A DNA stretch of 64,000 nt from Candidatus Cloacimonadota bacterium (GTDB lineage: Bacteria; Cloacimonadota; Cloacimonadia; Cloacimonadales; JAIOQZ01). Where the stretch lies: NCBI GenBank assembly GCA_021108395.1, contig JAIOQZ010000032.1, forward strand, positions 202,434 to 266,433, read 5' to 3'. Of this stretch, positions 1 through 8,390 are shown one piece after another. The position numbers and the translations under genes are program-made. The notes beneath the pieces are model-generated. The model saw nothing but the letters and a program-made list of their open reading frames with translations. It was not told the origin of the DNA and did not search any database. Position 1 is the stretch's first letter. Each line of letters begins with the position of its first letter.

Positions 1-3000
1 CGCGACCTCGCACGTGAAAAACGTATCCGTCTCGGTATCTCGGAGAAGTATCAGACTGTCGTTTCGACGGGAGAGTCCCTCGAAGAGGATATTCATCGCC
101 TCAGGTTCGAGAATGACGCATTGCTGTCGTTCCAGCCGGGCCAGGCATGGTTCATCGACGGTAATGCGAAGTTCATCAAGGCCACCGGACTCGAACTTGG
201 TGAGCGTATCAGTGACCCTGAAATTGTGCAGGGCAAAACGCTGGTCGAGGTGTTTGGCGAATCGGTCAACGATCTACAGCACCTGGTGGTCAAGGCGGTG
301 AACACGAAACAGCCTCTGTTGGGTCATGTGTTCGAGGCCTATCAGATTGATCATCCCGTTCATTACACTTTCGATATGCACCCGGTGTTCGACGAAGAAC
401 ACCGCTTTCGCTGTCTGCTCGTTATGGTGTATGACAGCTCGTCCATCAATGAGCTGCGCAATCGCGGCGAGCAGATGCTGCAACGCACTCAGGACGGCAT
501 ACTCATTATCCAGAACAACATCATCCAATATGCCAATACACAGATGGAAACCCTGGCAGGCGCAGGTCACGACGAACTAACCGGCCAGACATTCGATTCG
601 CTGTTTGACAGCAATAAGACCAAGCCCTGGAAGCCGAGTGAGGATGAGGATGTCTGGAATCCGATGAATCTGCGTCTATTCTCGTCCATGCTCCAGCGCG
701 ATGGGAAAAAGACGAGGTGCGTTATCTACACCATCGGCCATACACGCTGGGATGGCGCCGAAGCAGACCTGCTGTTTGTGTGTGACCGCGAGGGCAACAC
801 GCTCACAGAGCAGCGCCGGCAGGAATCGGTGACTGTGCTCAACACCATGCTGGACGCCATCGACCAGGGCGTCGTCGTCATCGATCATGAGGGTAAGATA
901 AGTCATTACAACCAACGCCTGCTCGATATGTGGGATCTGTCTGAAGCCATCTTCACGGTCAAAAAGTGGGACTCGGTTTCCAATTCGATGAAGACGAAGG
1001 TGAGTAATCCACAGGAATACAAAGCCTGGCTACAGAGGAATTCTGCGGGCGAGCCCGTCGGGAGCATCGAGCTGTCTCTGAAGAACGGCAACGTGCTGGT
1101 GGGATGCGAGCGACAGTACAGTCTCGGTGATGGGTTCACAGGCCGTGTCATCTCGTTCATCGATGTGTCCGGCAGCATGAAGCGCGAAGCCGAACTCAAG
1201 AAAGCCCTCGACCAGGCAGAAGTCGCCACCCAGACCAAGAGCGAATTCCTGGCCCGCATGAGCCATGATATCCGCACCCCCATGAACGGTATTATCGGCG
1301 TGGTGACACTGATGGAGCAAACACAGCTCAATCACCGTCAGCACCGCTATATGGACGTCATCCAGGCATCGGCAGACTCGCTGCTGAACCTCATCAACGA
1401 CATTCTCGATTTCTCCAAAATCGAAGCAGGCTATCTGAAACTCGAAAAGATCGACTTCGACCTGATTGAAACAATCGGCTCGGTAACCAGTCTCCTGGCT
1501 CTCAAGGCTCAATCAAAGGGGATCGAGCTTCTCACCTTTGTTCGCCCCAGTGTGCCGACCTTCTTCCGTGGCGACCCCAACCGCCTTCGTCAAATACTCA
1601 TCAACCTGGGCAATAACGCCATCAAATTTACCAAAACAGGCCAGGTGGTCATTCACTGCGAAGTGGAAAACACCAGTAAAGGCAAGTGCATGCTCCACTT
1701 CACAGTCAGTGACACAGGAGTAGGCATCAAGCCAGACAAGCTTGATACAATCTTCGAGAGCTATGAGCAGGAAGATGTGAGCACGGCGCGCAATTACGGC
1801 GGTACCGGGCTGGGATTGTCGATCTGCAAGCATCTCGTTGACTTGATGCATGGCCGAATCTGGGTAGAAAGCGAATACGGCAAGGGCGCCGACTTCCATT
1901 TCACTCTTCGCATGAATCAGCTCGAAGACAACGATCTCGAACGCGACATCGAGCTGTTTGAAAAGCGCAAGCCACGCATACTCATCGCTGTGCGCAACGA
2001 TGTCACCAAGCAGTTCATTTCTGAGACCCTGCGCTATTACGGCATCGCGTGCACCGTTATCGAGATGCCGGAGCTTGTCATCGACGCGCTCAAGGCGGCG
2101 GCGCAAGCCAAAGAGGACTTCGATCTGCTGTTGATGGAACCTTTCGAGGACGCCTATGCAGATATTGCCCGCGCTCTATCCACCGATCGTAAGCTGATGA
2201 GAGTACACCTTATTCTACTGGTCTCGTTCGCCGAGAGCTCCACTTTGGTTGTGCCCGATGACGTGGTTGTCTCCGAGATGATAAATCTGCCGCTCAAGCG
2301 CGCCGACCTGCTGCTTACCATCAAGCGTGAACTGGGACTTGTGCAGAAGAACGAGACGCCTGTAGTTCTCCCACTCACAGGTGGTGGGGCATCGGCTGTA
2401 ACGGAGTCATATCGTATCCTGCTGGCCGAGGACAACCCTATCAATCTGGGCATCGTTACTGAAATCCTTGAATCGGAAGGCCATGCGGTTGTGCAGGCCG
2501 GTAATGGCGAAGAGGTGCTGCGACAGATGGACGAGCACGAATTTGACGTCGTTTTCATGGACATACATATGCCGTTGCTGGACGGCTTCGAGGCTACAAG
2601 CGCCATCCGCGAGAAGGAGAAGGATGGCCATCACCAGATAATCATCGCCATGACGGCAGACGTCCTCTCCGACGACCGCGATAAATGCCTGGCCGCCGGC
2701 ATGGACGGATTCATCACGAAGCCGCTCAAGCTCGATGATCTGCGCCTTGTGCTGCATCGGGTCATGTCGGCCGAGCGAGGTGAGGCAGCGGTGATGAAGG
2801 AAACGGAATCCGTAGCGGCTAATGTCCTCGATATTCGCATCGACCTGGCTCACGTTCGCGAGACTCTGGGCGACAATGTCAAGGTCATCGCCAAGACGTT
2901 TGAACTGATCTACAAGAAGTTTCCGCGGTCACAACAGGAGATCGAGCAGGCGCTGAAAGATGAAGATACCGAGAGCATTCATCGCGCCGCGCATGGGATG

Positions 3001-3171
3001 AAAGGTTTCATGAATTACTTCGACATTCCCGATATGACCGAGCTGGTCGTCGATATGGAAAACGCCGGCAAGAACGGCGACATCAAGCGTGCCCGCCAAC
3101 TGTTCATAGACCTTGAACCGTACATCGAGGCTTTCCTGGCCGCCCTGAATAACGCCCGCAAAGAGCTGTAA
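1..3171 (+). CDS. Hybrid sensor histidine kinase/response regulator (PAS - HisKA - HATPase_c - pseudo-receiver - receiver - HPt); 5' end probably outside the window
   Basis: The listed ORF begins at TTG 121, but the same frame is open from nt 1. H-box [15 protein letters not shown] and G boxes [10 protein letters not shown] and [10 protein letters not shown], receiver [29 protein letters not shown], HPt HRAAHGMKG. Confidence 0.9.
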   Translation, partial: RDLAREKRIRLGISEKYQTVVSTGESLEEDIHRLRFENDALLSFQPGQAWFIDGNAKFIKATGLELGERISDPEIVQGKTLVEVFGESVNDLQHLVVKAVNTKQPLLGHVFEAYQIDHPVHYTFDMHPVFDEEHRFRCLLVMVYDSSSINELRNRGEQMLQRTQDGILIIQNNIIQYANTQMETLAGAGHDELTGQTFDSLFDSNKTKPWKPSEDEDVWNPMNLRLFSSMLQRDGKKTRCVIYTIGHTRWDGAEADLLFVCDREGNTLTEQRRQESVTVLNTMLDAIDQGVVVIDHEGKISHYNQRLLDMWDLSEAIFTVKKWDSVSNSMKTKVSNPQEYKAWLQRNSAGEPVGSIELSLKNGNVLVGCERQYSLGDGFTGRVISFIDVSGSMKREAELKKALDQAEVATQTKSEFLARMSHDIRTPMNGIIGVVTLMEQTQLNHRQHRYMDVIQASADSLLNLINDILDFSKIEAGYLKLEKIDFDLIETIGSVTSLLALKAQSKGIELLTFVRPSVPTFFRGDPNRLRQILINLGNNAIKFTKTGQVVIHCEVENTSKGKCMLHFTVSDTGVGIKPDKLDTIFESYEQEDVSTARNYGGTGLGLSICKHLVDLMHGRIWVESEYGKGADFHFTLRMNQLEDNDLERDIELFEKRKPRILIAVRNDVTKQFISETLRYYGIACTVIEMPELVIDALKAAAQAKEDFDLLLMEPFEDAYADIARALSTDRKLMRVHLILLVSFAESSTLVVPDDVVVSEMINLPLKRADLLLTIKRELGLVQKNETPVVLPLTGGGASAVTESYRILLAEDNPINLGIVTEILESEGHAVVQAGNGEEVLRQMDEHEFDVVFMDIHMPLLDGFEATSAIREKEKDGHHQIIIAMTADVLSDDRDKCLAAGMDGFITKPLKLDDLRLVLHRVMSAERGEAAVMKETESVAANVLDIRIDLAHVRETLGDNVKVIAKTFELIYKKFPRSQQEIEQALKDEDTESIHRAAHGMKGFMNYFDIPDMTELVVDMENAGKNGDIKRARQLFIDLEPYIEAFLAALNNARKEL

Positions 3172-3237
3172 TCGCTTAGCTCTTTCGAGAAAAAAGTAAG
3201 CAGGGCTCAGGAGCAATGCCCCTCTATTATATATAGA

Positions 3238-3262
3238 AAGGCCGCAACCTGGTTGCGGCCTT
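3238..3262. terminator. Hairpin between the convergent kinase gene and the secG/tRNA-Leu unit (probable bidirectional intrinsic terminator)
   Basis: aaggccgcaacc / t / ggttgcggcctt is a perfect 12-nt inverted repeat. On the minus strand it is followed by tttctatatat. Confidence 0.6.
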
Positions 3263-3267
3263 AAACA

Positions 3268-3354
3268 TGGTGCAGAAGGGGGGACTCGAACCCCCACACC
3301 CTTGCGGGCACAAGATCCTTAGTCTTGCGTGTCTGCCAATTCCACCACTTCTGC
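3268..3354 (-). tRNA. tRNA-Leu (type II, long variable arm); anticodon reads AAG by hand folding
   Basis: Acceptor GCAGAAG/CTTCTGC, D-arm GTGGAATTGGCAGACAC, anticodon stem CAAGA/TCTTG with loop CTAAGGA, 15-nt variable arm, T-arm GGGGG-TTCGAGT-CCCCC, discriminator A, encoded CCA. The loop gives U33 A34 A35 G36 G37. It lies 19 nt downstream of secG. Confidence 0.85.
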
Positions 3355-3373
3355 GCTGTATGGGTGTCTTGAG

Positions 3374-3763
3374 CTATTCGTCGCTGGCGGGAGCGGGAGC
3401 GACATCGATTTGCACGGGTGCGTCCCCGGCTTCTTCCGCCGGCGCCTGCTCATCGAGCGCTTCGGTTTGCTGCTCGTCCTGTTGCAGCTGGCGTTGCACG
3501 TCAGACTGCGGGGCGTCGGAGGTGTTGATGTTCTTCACGACAACGGCCAATAGAATGGACGAAAGCATGAAGACAAATGCCAGCACGCGGGTGGTCTTTT
3601 TCATAAAATCGCTGGCGCCCTGGCTGCCAAGTGAATTGGTGGCCATTCCGCCCAACATACCGTCAAGAGCGCCGCCTTTGCTCGACTGGGCCAGAATCAC
3701 CAAAACGAGGCCCAAGCTGACGATGATATGAAATCCAAGCATTACAAAGTATAAAATATCCAT
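3374..3763 (-). CDS. secG: Preprotein translocase subunit SecG (with an acidic Gln/Glu/Ala-rich C-terminal extension)
   Basis: Two TM helices flank the Gly-rich loop LAQSSKGGALDGMLGGMATNSLGSQGASDFMKKTT, which is typical of SecG. A tRNA-Leu follows immediately, as in the E. coli secG-leuU arrangement. Confidence 0.85.
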   Translation of the reverse strand: MDILYFVMLGFHIIVSLGLVLVILAQSSKGGALDGMLGGMATNSLGSQGASDFMKKTTRVLAFVFMLSSILLAVVVKNINTSDAPQSDVQRQLQQDEQQTEALDEQAPAEEAGDAPVQIDVAPAPASDE

Positions 3764-3879
3764 TGAGGTCTATCTCCTATCAGAGCTTGAGACACATTTA
3801 AGAAGGACAGTTCGAGTGTCAATGAAATTTATGATGTGATCTGAATTGAGGCAATGGAAGGCCGGTGGAGCAGCGAGGG

Positions 3880-4818
3880 TCACTCTGTGCTGACCCGGAT
3901 ATCGTCCTCTGTTTTGCTGAGGAAGTACCACGGATTGCGGTGCTTGCCGTAGTGGATCACCTCGTAATGCACATGCGGCCCGGTCGTGCGGCCGGTTCGA
4001 CCCATCAGCCCGATAATCTGTCCCTTCTTCACTTCGTCGCCCTTGGCGACATTGAACGAATCGAGGTGGCCGTAGCGCGTGACATAGCCAAAACCGTGAC
4101 GCAACTCGATGTAGTTGCCCATGTATTTCTGGAATGTCGTTCTGGTGACGACGCCGTCTGCGGTGGCGTAGATGGGAGAACCTGTGCTATTGCTGATGTC
4201 GAGCCCGCGATGGAAGTCTCGGCGGCCGCTGACTGGATGTGTGCGCCAGCCGTAGCTGCAACTGAAGCGACCGAAGGCGGGATAGATGGACGGGGTGCTG
4301 TGGAATATTTCGTCACGAATGCTGATCTTGTCTAACACCTCGCGGTGTGTTTCCAGGGTGTAATTGGTGATGCCGCCAATCTGACGCATACGCTCGATTA
4401 CGCGGTTATAGGTGTGGTGCAGGTCGCTGTCGCAATCGGCGAAGGTGCGATCTTCGCGGGGCACGCCACCGATACCGGCGGCGCGAAGGGTGGGGTCTAT
4501 GGGGCGCAGGTGCTCCTCATCGCGCACGCGGTCTTCCCAGTCCTGCATGAGGCAGAGGCGGTCTTCGATGGAGTCGAGCTGGGTGAGCATGCCGTCGAGC
4601 CGATGGCGGAGAGTGGAGTTGTCATGGTTCATCCGGTCCCAGTGGCGCAAGCGAAGCAACCCCTGGCCACTGGCCAGCGAAGCCACCAGAAGACCTATGA
4701 CGAACAGGATGGCGCTCAGAACCAGCACATTGCCGACAGAGCGACGCACACTGAAACACCGAACACTACAGGAGTCGGTTCGTGTGCAGGTGACATGCCA
4801 CTTTCGTGTAACAAGCAT
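3880..4818 (-). CDS. M23/LytM-family metallopeptidase (membrane-anchored, coiled-coil N-terminal half)
   Basis: HRGLDISNSTGSPIYATADG and GRTGRTTGPHVHYEV (HxxxD and HxH zinc motifs). N-terminal TM segment VLVLSAILFVIGLLVASLA. Confidence 0.9.
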   Translation of the reverse strand: MLVTRKWHVTCTRTDSCSVRCFSVRRSVGNVLVLSAILFVIGLLVASLASGQGLLRLRHWDRMNHDNSTLRHRLDGMLTQLDSIEDRLCLMQDWEDRVRDEEHLRPIDPTLRAAGIGGVPREDRTFADCDSDLHHTYNRVIERMRQIGGITNYTLETHREVLDKISIRDEIFHSTPSIYPAFGRFSCSYGWRTHPVSGRRDFHRGLDISNSTGSPIYATADGVVTRTTFQKYMGNYIELRHGFGYVTRYGHLDSFNVAKGDEVKKGQIIGLMGRTGRTTGPHVHYEVIHYGKHRNPWYFLSKTEDDIRVSTE

Positions 4819-5086
4819 ATTTTAATCCCATCCAAACATTGTTCTCAGTTAACTCACACTTTATTTCGAGCGATGGTTGGTGTCAATCAATTTCTTGTCC
4901 ATCAACGCTCTACGGCGTTTTCGTTGTGAGCGGGCTGCGCCGGCTATGAGACGATAATGCGCTGCAATAACAGGGATAAGGGGATAAAAGCGAATTTGCG
5001 AGGCTACAGTTGACGAAAATCAAAAAAGGAAATAAAAATCTTGATAAAAAACACTGGTGCAATACATGTGAGCATATGGAGGTAGC

Positions 5087-6304
5087 ATGATTCGTACCGT
5101 CATTGTTTTGTTTCTGGCAACCTGCATTCCATGCGCCTGCGCTTGGCTGCCCCCCAATCCTGCATACATCACCCCCAGCGCGCCACCTCAGACCGAAATC
5201 GCCGCCGAGCAATCCACACAGCCGCCACTCGCCACAGCGAGCGAACAAGTCCCGCCAGAGCCGCTGCCAGAAGCCAGCGAGCCGCCGCCGGGGACGGAAC
5301 CACCCGTTGAGTACGAACCGCCGCCAGAGCCACCCCGTCATCTCACTGTGGCCGCCGTGGGCGACATCATGCTGGGAACCGACTTCCCAGAGGCGCACTA
5401 TCTGCCGTCCGCCGATGGCCGCGGCCTGCTGGACAGCGCCCTCATCGAATTGCTGGCGAGCGCCGATGTGGCGCTGGGCAATCTCGAAGGCGTCTTTTGC
5501 GATGGAGGAGAACCTCGCCTGCCCAACAAGACCTACAGCTTTCGCATGCCGCCGCGCCTGGCGCCGCGACTCGCCGAATGGGGCTTCGATTTTGTCAGCC
5601 TGGCCAACAACCACGCCCGTGACTTCGGTGACGACGGCTGCGCGCAGACAATCGCCGCTTTGCAGGCGGTCGGAATTGTCTATGCCGGGCTTGAGGAACA
5701 CCCCACCGCCGTGCTGCGCCGCAATGGACTGCGCGTGGGCTTTGCAGCCTTCGCGCCCAACGCAGGAACGGTGAATTTTCATCGCCAGGCGGAAGCGCGG
5801 CGCATCGTGGCCGCTCTGGCAGACAGTTGCGACATCGTGCTGGTGAGCGTTCATGGCGGGGCCGAGGGCGCCGACGCCTTGCATGTGCCCCGTGAAGAAG
5901 AGATGTATCTGGGCGAGAACCGCGGCGACATCTACGCCTTTGCGCGGCTGGTTATCGACGCGGGCGCGGACGCCGTGTTTGCGCACGGACCGCATGTGCC
6001 CCGTGCCCTCGACCTCTACAACGAGCGCATCATCGCCTACAGTCTGGGTAACTTCTGCACACCGGCGCGGTTCAATCTGTCGGGCACAGGCGGCCTGGCT
6101 CCGCTGCTGCTGGTGGAGCTGGACGAGGCGGGGCGTTTCGTGTCGGGCCAGCTTGTCTCGTGCAGGCAGGCCTATGGTCGCGGCCCGCGCCTTGATGACA
6201 CCCGCGAAGCCGCCGCGCTCATTGGCGACCTCACCCGCGAAGACATCCCAGAAGCGCCGCTGCGCATCGAGGCGGACGGGCGTGTCTGGCCGGTGGTGGA
6301 ATAG
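5087..6304 (+). CDS. CapA-family (PGA_cap, metallophosphatase-fold) protein, paralogue 1
   Basis: VAAVGDIMLG, LGNLEGV, SLANNHARDFG, VSVHGGAEG, FAHGPHV, YSLGNF. SD GGAGG before the ATG. N-terminal signal-like segment followed by a Pro/Glu-rich linker. Confidence 0.85.
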   Translation: MIRTVIVLFLATCIPCACAWLPPNPAYITPSAPPQTEIAAEQSTQPPLATASEQVPPEPLPEASEPPPGTEPPVEYEPPPEPPRHLTVAAVGDIMLGTDFPEAHYLPSADGRGLLDSALIELLASADVALGNLEGVFCDGGEPRLPNKTYSFRMPPRLAPRLAEWGFDFVSLANNHARDFGDDGCAQTIAALQAVGIVYAGLEEHPTAVLRRNGLRVGFAAFAPNAGTVNFHRQAEARRIVAALADSCDIVLVSVHGGAEGADALHVPREEEMYLGENRGDIYAFARLVIDAGADAVFAHGPHVPRALDLYNERIIAYSLGNFCTPARFNLSGTGGLAPLLLVELDEAGRFVSGQLVSCRQAYGRGPRLDDTREAAALIGDLTREDIPEAPLRIEADGRVWPVVE

Positions 6305-6363
6305 CTTGACTGTTTCGTACGAGATGCAGTTGACTGAACACATACTTTGAGTGGAGGACGACA

Positions 6364-6840
6364 ATGAAGAATATCGCAATGAGTTGTTTGGTATCGTTAC
6401 TGATATTGCTGCCGGTGACACTTTCCAGCAATGAGGAGCCACTGAACGCGATAGAGGTTTTTCATAAGAATCAGCCCCCGTCTCTACAGACACTGGAGAA
6501 GGTAAACGGCCTTCTCGACGAGTATAGCGGCGAATATGAAATGACATTCTACAACATAAGCGATTCCGTAAATATCGCCCTGATCAGGGAATACAATCTG
6601 CCGGACACTCATTTTCCGTTTGCGGTTGTAGTTAACGGCAACTACTCGGCAGAAATCGATGGCAGGAAGGTGGATTTTGTCCATTTCCCTTTGTTCATGC
6701 ACGGTATCGGACGACATGAGGGTAACTGGTCGCTGAATGACTTGAGCGCTGTACTGGACGATAACTCGTTGCTGCTTGAAGAAAACATTCTGCCCGTTTT
6801 AGAGGATGACGAGGACAGCGAAGACGAATGCCTCGAGTGA
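6364..6840 (+). CDS. Hypothetical exported protein with acidic C-terminal tail
   Basis: Signal-like N-terminus MKNIAMSCLVSLLILLPVTLSS and C-terminus EDDEDSEDECLE. No catalytic motif recognised. Confidence 0.55.
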   Translation: MKNIAMSCLVSLLILLPVTLSSNEEPLNAIEVFHKNQPPSLQTLEKVNGLLDEYSGEYEMTFYNISDSVNIALIREYNLPDTHFPFAVVVNGNYSAEIDGRKVDFVHFPLFMHGIGRHEGNWSLNDLSAVLDDNSLLLEENILPVLEDDEDSEDECLE

Positions 6841-6940
6841 GATTTACGAGTAAACAGTCTTAAGGGCTTCCAGCCACAGTTAAGTTAACGCTATCATTAT
6901 TCGGAAGTACTACACATTACCCAGCTTGTACCACCTTTTT

Positions 6941-6986
6941 CACCCCCCTGTCAAGGGGGGAAGCCGCGAAAGCGGCAGGGGGGTAT
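6941..6986 (-). repeat. R-module repeat, copy R1 (inverted relative to R2/R3)
   Basis: cacccccctgtcaaggggggaagccgcgaaagcggcaggggggtat. This is the reverse-complement counterpart of the 46-nt core of R2/R3. The inner hairpin is GCCGC-GAAA-GCGGC. Confidence 0.9.
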
Positions 6987-6998
6987 AATCCGCCTATT

Positions 6999-7382
6999 CT
7001 ATATTCCCAGCTCACATTTACGATTATTGATGCGTCTCAGCAGATCATCGCAAACACCTTCCAGATTCTGCATCACATCCCGATTCGAATAGCGTATAAC
7101 CGTGATGCCCTGCCGATGCAATTTATTTTCTCGTGACGCATCATAATCTTGTTTTTCTGCATGGTTATCCCCGTCGATTTCCACAGCCAGTTTCAAAGCA
7201 GCACAATAGAAATCCACGATGAAATCACCGATGGGTCGTTGCCGGGTGAACTTATAGCGTACAGTCTCTCGCCTGGATAATAGCTGTTTCCACATACGGA
7301 CTTCAGGGAGACAGCCCGAACGACGATTTTGTCGTGCATAATCTACGAGTTGTGGTCGGTATTTGAGATTTTTCTTTGGCAA
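6999..7382 (-). CDS. DUF559 (Vsr-like) endonuclease-domain protein
   Basis: RMWKQLLSRR..YKFTRQRPIGDFIVDFYC..KLAVEIDGDNH..ITVIRYSN matches the DUF559 signature as I remember it. The TTG start directly abuts repeat R2. Confidence 0.8.
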   Translation of the reverse strand: MPKKNLKYRPQLVDYARQNRRSGCLPEVRMWKQLLSRRETVRYKFTRQRPIGDFIVDFYCAALKLAVEIDGDNHAEKQDYDASRENKLHRQGITVIRYSNRDVMQNLEGVCDDLLRRINNRKCELGI

Positions 7383-7384
7383 AA

Positions 7385-7460
7385 ATACCCCCCTGCGGCG
7401 TTGCCGCTTCCCCCCCTTGACAGGGGGGTGTAAATCGGATGCAAACCGGTCACACCGGGT
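7385..7460 (+). repeat. R-module repeat, copy R2 (46-nt core plus a 19-nt conserved tail)
   Basis: atacccccctgcggcgttgccgcttcccccccttgacaggggggtg ... caaaccggtcacaccgggt. About 89 percent identical to R3 over 76 nt by hand alignment. Confidence 0.9.
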
Positions 7461-7500
7461 ACATTACCGTAATCTCACAGCCTTTGAACACCCCATCGAT

Positions 7501-7546
7501 GTTACCTATGTCCCCGGTTCAATCTGTAACCCATGTGAGCAGTTTG
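7501..7546 (+). repeat. S-module repeat, copy S1
   Basis: tgtccccggttcaatctgtaacccatgtgagcagtttg (7509-7546) matches 54783-54820 at 34 of 38 positions without gaps. It is preceded by the related sub-repeat gttacctatg. Confidence 0.85.
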
Positions 7547-7605
7547 TTGCAACTTCAAATTCACAATGTACTTAGCAATTGCATGTAGATATATGTGCTG
7601 GTTTG

Positions 7606-8163
7606 TTATTTTCTGCTACTCAGGACTAATGTCGATGGCAACGGGAATGAAGTAGGCAATAATTCGATTCTGAATGGTAATCCCATATTCGATAATTCTT
7701 CCATCTTCATATTCATCAGACTATTTACTACACAATAATTATGAACCAGCTTCAAGTAGCGTCGAATAATCATCAACGGCAGGAAATGGTCTTTATCTTT
7801 CATCCACTCCATCAAATCTTTTTTTCCCTTTGAACTGTTACAAGATTTACAGGCATAGACTAAATTATCGGCATTGTCTGTTCCCCCGTATTTCTTCGGA
7901 AAAATGTGGTCCATAGACAGATTGGAATTTGAGCCGCAATAGTTACAAATTTGCCCTGTTTCCAATTTAATTTTTTCGTCATCAAATATTGTTCTCATGT
8001 TCATAGTTCCATTTTTCAGACCTTTGAATAATTTAGCTCTTATCATAAAATTCAACCTTGAATATCTATCTTGTTTCTTTTTAACTGCCATATGAGCCAT
8101 AGCTAAATTCGCATACGACCAATATATTTTATCGCAGACTATTTCAATATTCTGTTTTGCCAT
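7606..8163 (-). CDS. HNH (His-Me finger) endonuclease
   Basis: CNYCGSNSNLSMDHIFPKKYGGTDNADNLVYACKSCNSSKG (CxxC..DH..N..CxxCN). SD-like GAGGAAG just upstream of the ATG. Codon usage is strongly AT-rich, unlike the flanks. Confidence 0.85.
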   Translation of the reverse strand: MAKQNIEIVCDKIYWSYANLAMAHMAVKKKQDRYSRLNFMIRAKLFKGLKNGTMNMRTIFDDEKIKLETGQICNYCGSNSNLSMDHIFPKKYGGTDNADNLVYACKSCNSSKGKKDLMEWMKDKDHFLPLMIIRRYLKLVHNYCVVNSLMNMKMEELSNMGLPFRIELLPTSFPLPSTLVLSSRK

Positions 8164-8312
8164 TTACTTCCTCACGATATATGTAATTGCCCACAATGTT
8201 TCTCACTGCCACGTTCTTCGACATGCGACTTCTACTTTGTCCCAGAAACTCAAACCTGTTACCCATGTCATGATAATAAACTGAGTACCATGTATTGGAC
8301 TTGACATGAATG

Positions 8313-8387
8313 ATACCCCCCTGCGGCGTTGCCGCTTCCCCCCTTGACAGGGGGGTGAACCCCCGGTACAAACCGGTCACACCGGGT
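8313..8387 (+). repeat. R-module repeat, copy R3 (direct repeat of R2)
   Basis: atacccccctgcggcgttgccgcttccccccttgacaggggggtg ... caaaccggtcacaccgggt. It ends 3 nt before the stop codon of the XdhC-like gene. Confidence 0.9.
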
Positions 8388-8390
8388 GCG

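Noticed and set aside
3267-3731. 154-aa plus-strand ORF spanning the tRNA-Leu and secG region
   Set aside because: It overlaps a canonical tRNA and is antisense to secG. It is an artefact.
4910-6547. 545-aa minus-strand ORF covering the CapA paralogue 1 gene
   Set aside because: It is the antisense shadow of a well-supported CapA gene in GC-rich DNA. The product is Arg/Ala/Gly-rich and low in complexity, with no motifs and no SD.
7415-7422. TTGACA in the loop of the C6/G6 hairpin of R2 and R3 (also at 8343-8348) considered as a -35 promoter box
   Set aside because: In R2 and R3 it points away from the adjacent minus-strand nuclease genes and into the 3' ends of convergent genes, and no suitably spaced -10 was seen. 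It is more likely a conserved loop sequence.
8144-8380. 78-aa minus-strand ORF upstream of the HNH gene
   Set aside because: Its first ~24 codons are simply the translation of repeat R3 (TPLSRGEAATPQGG). The rest has no motif, and it overlaps the well-supported HNH start. It is more likely 5' UTR or promoter plus repeat, though a decayed gene fragment cannot be excluded.
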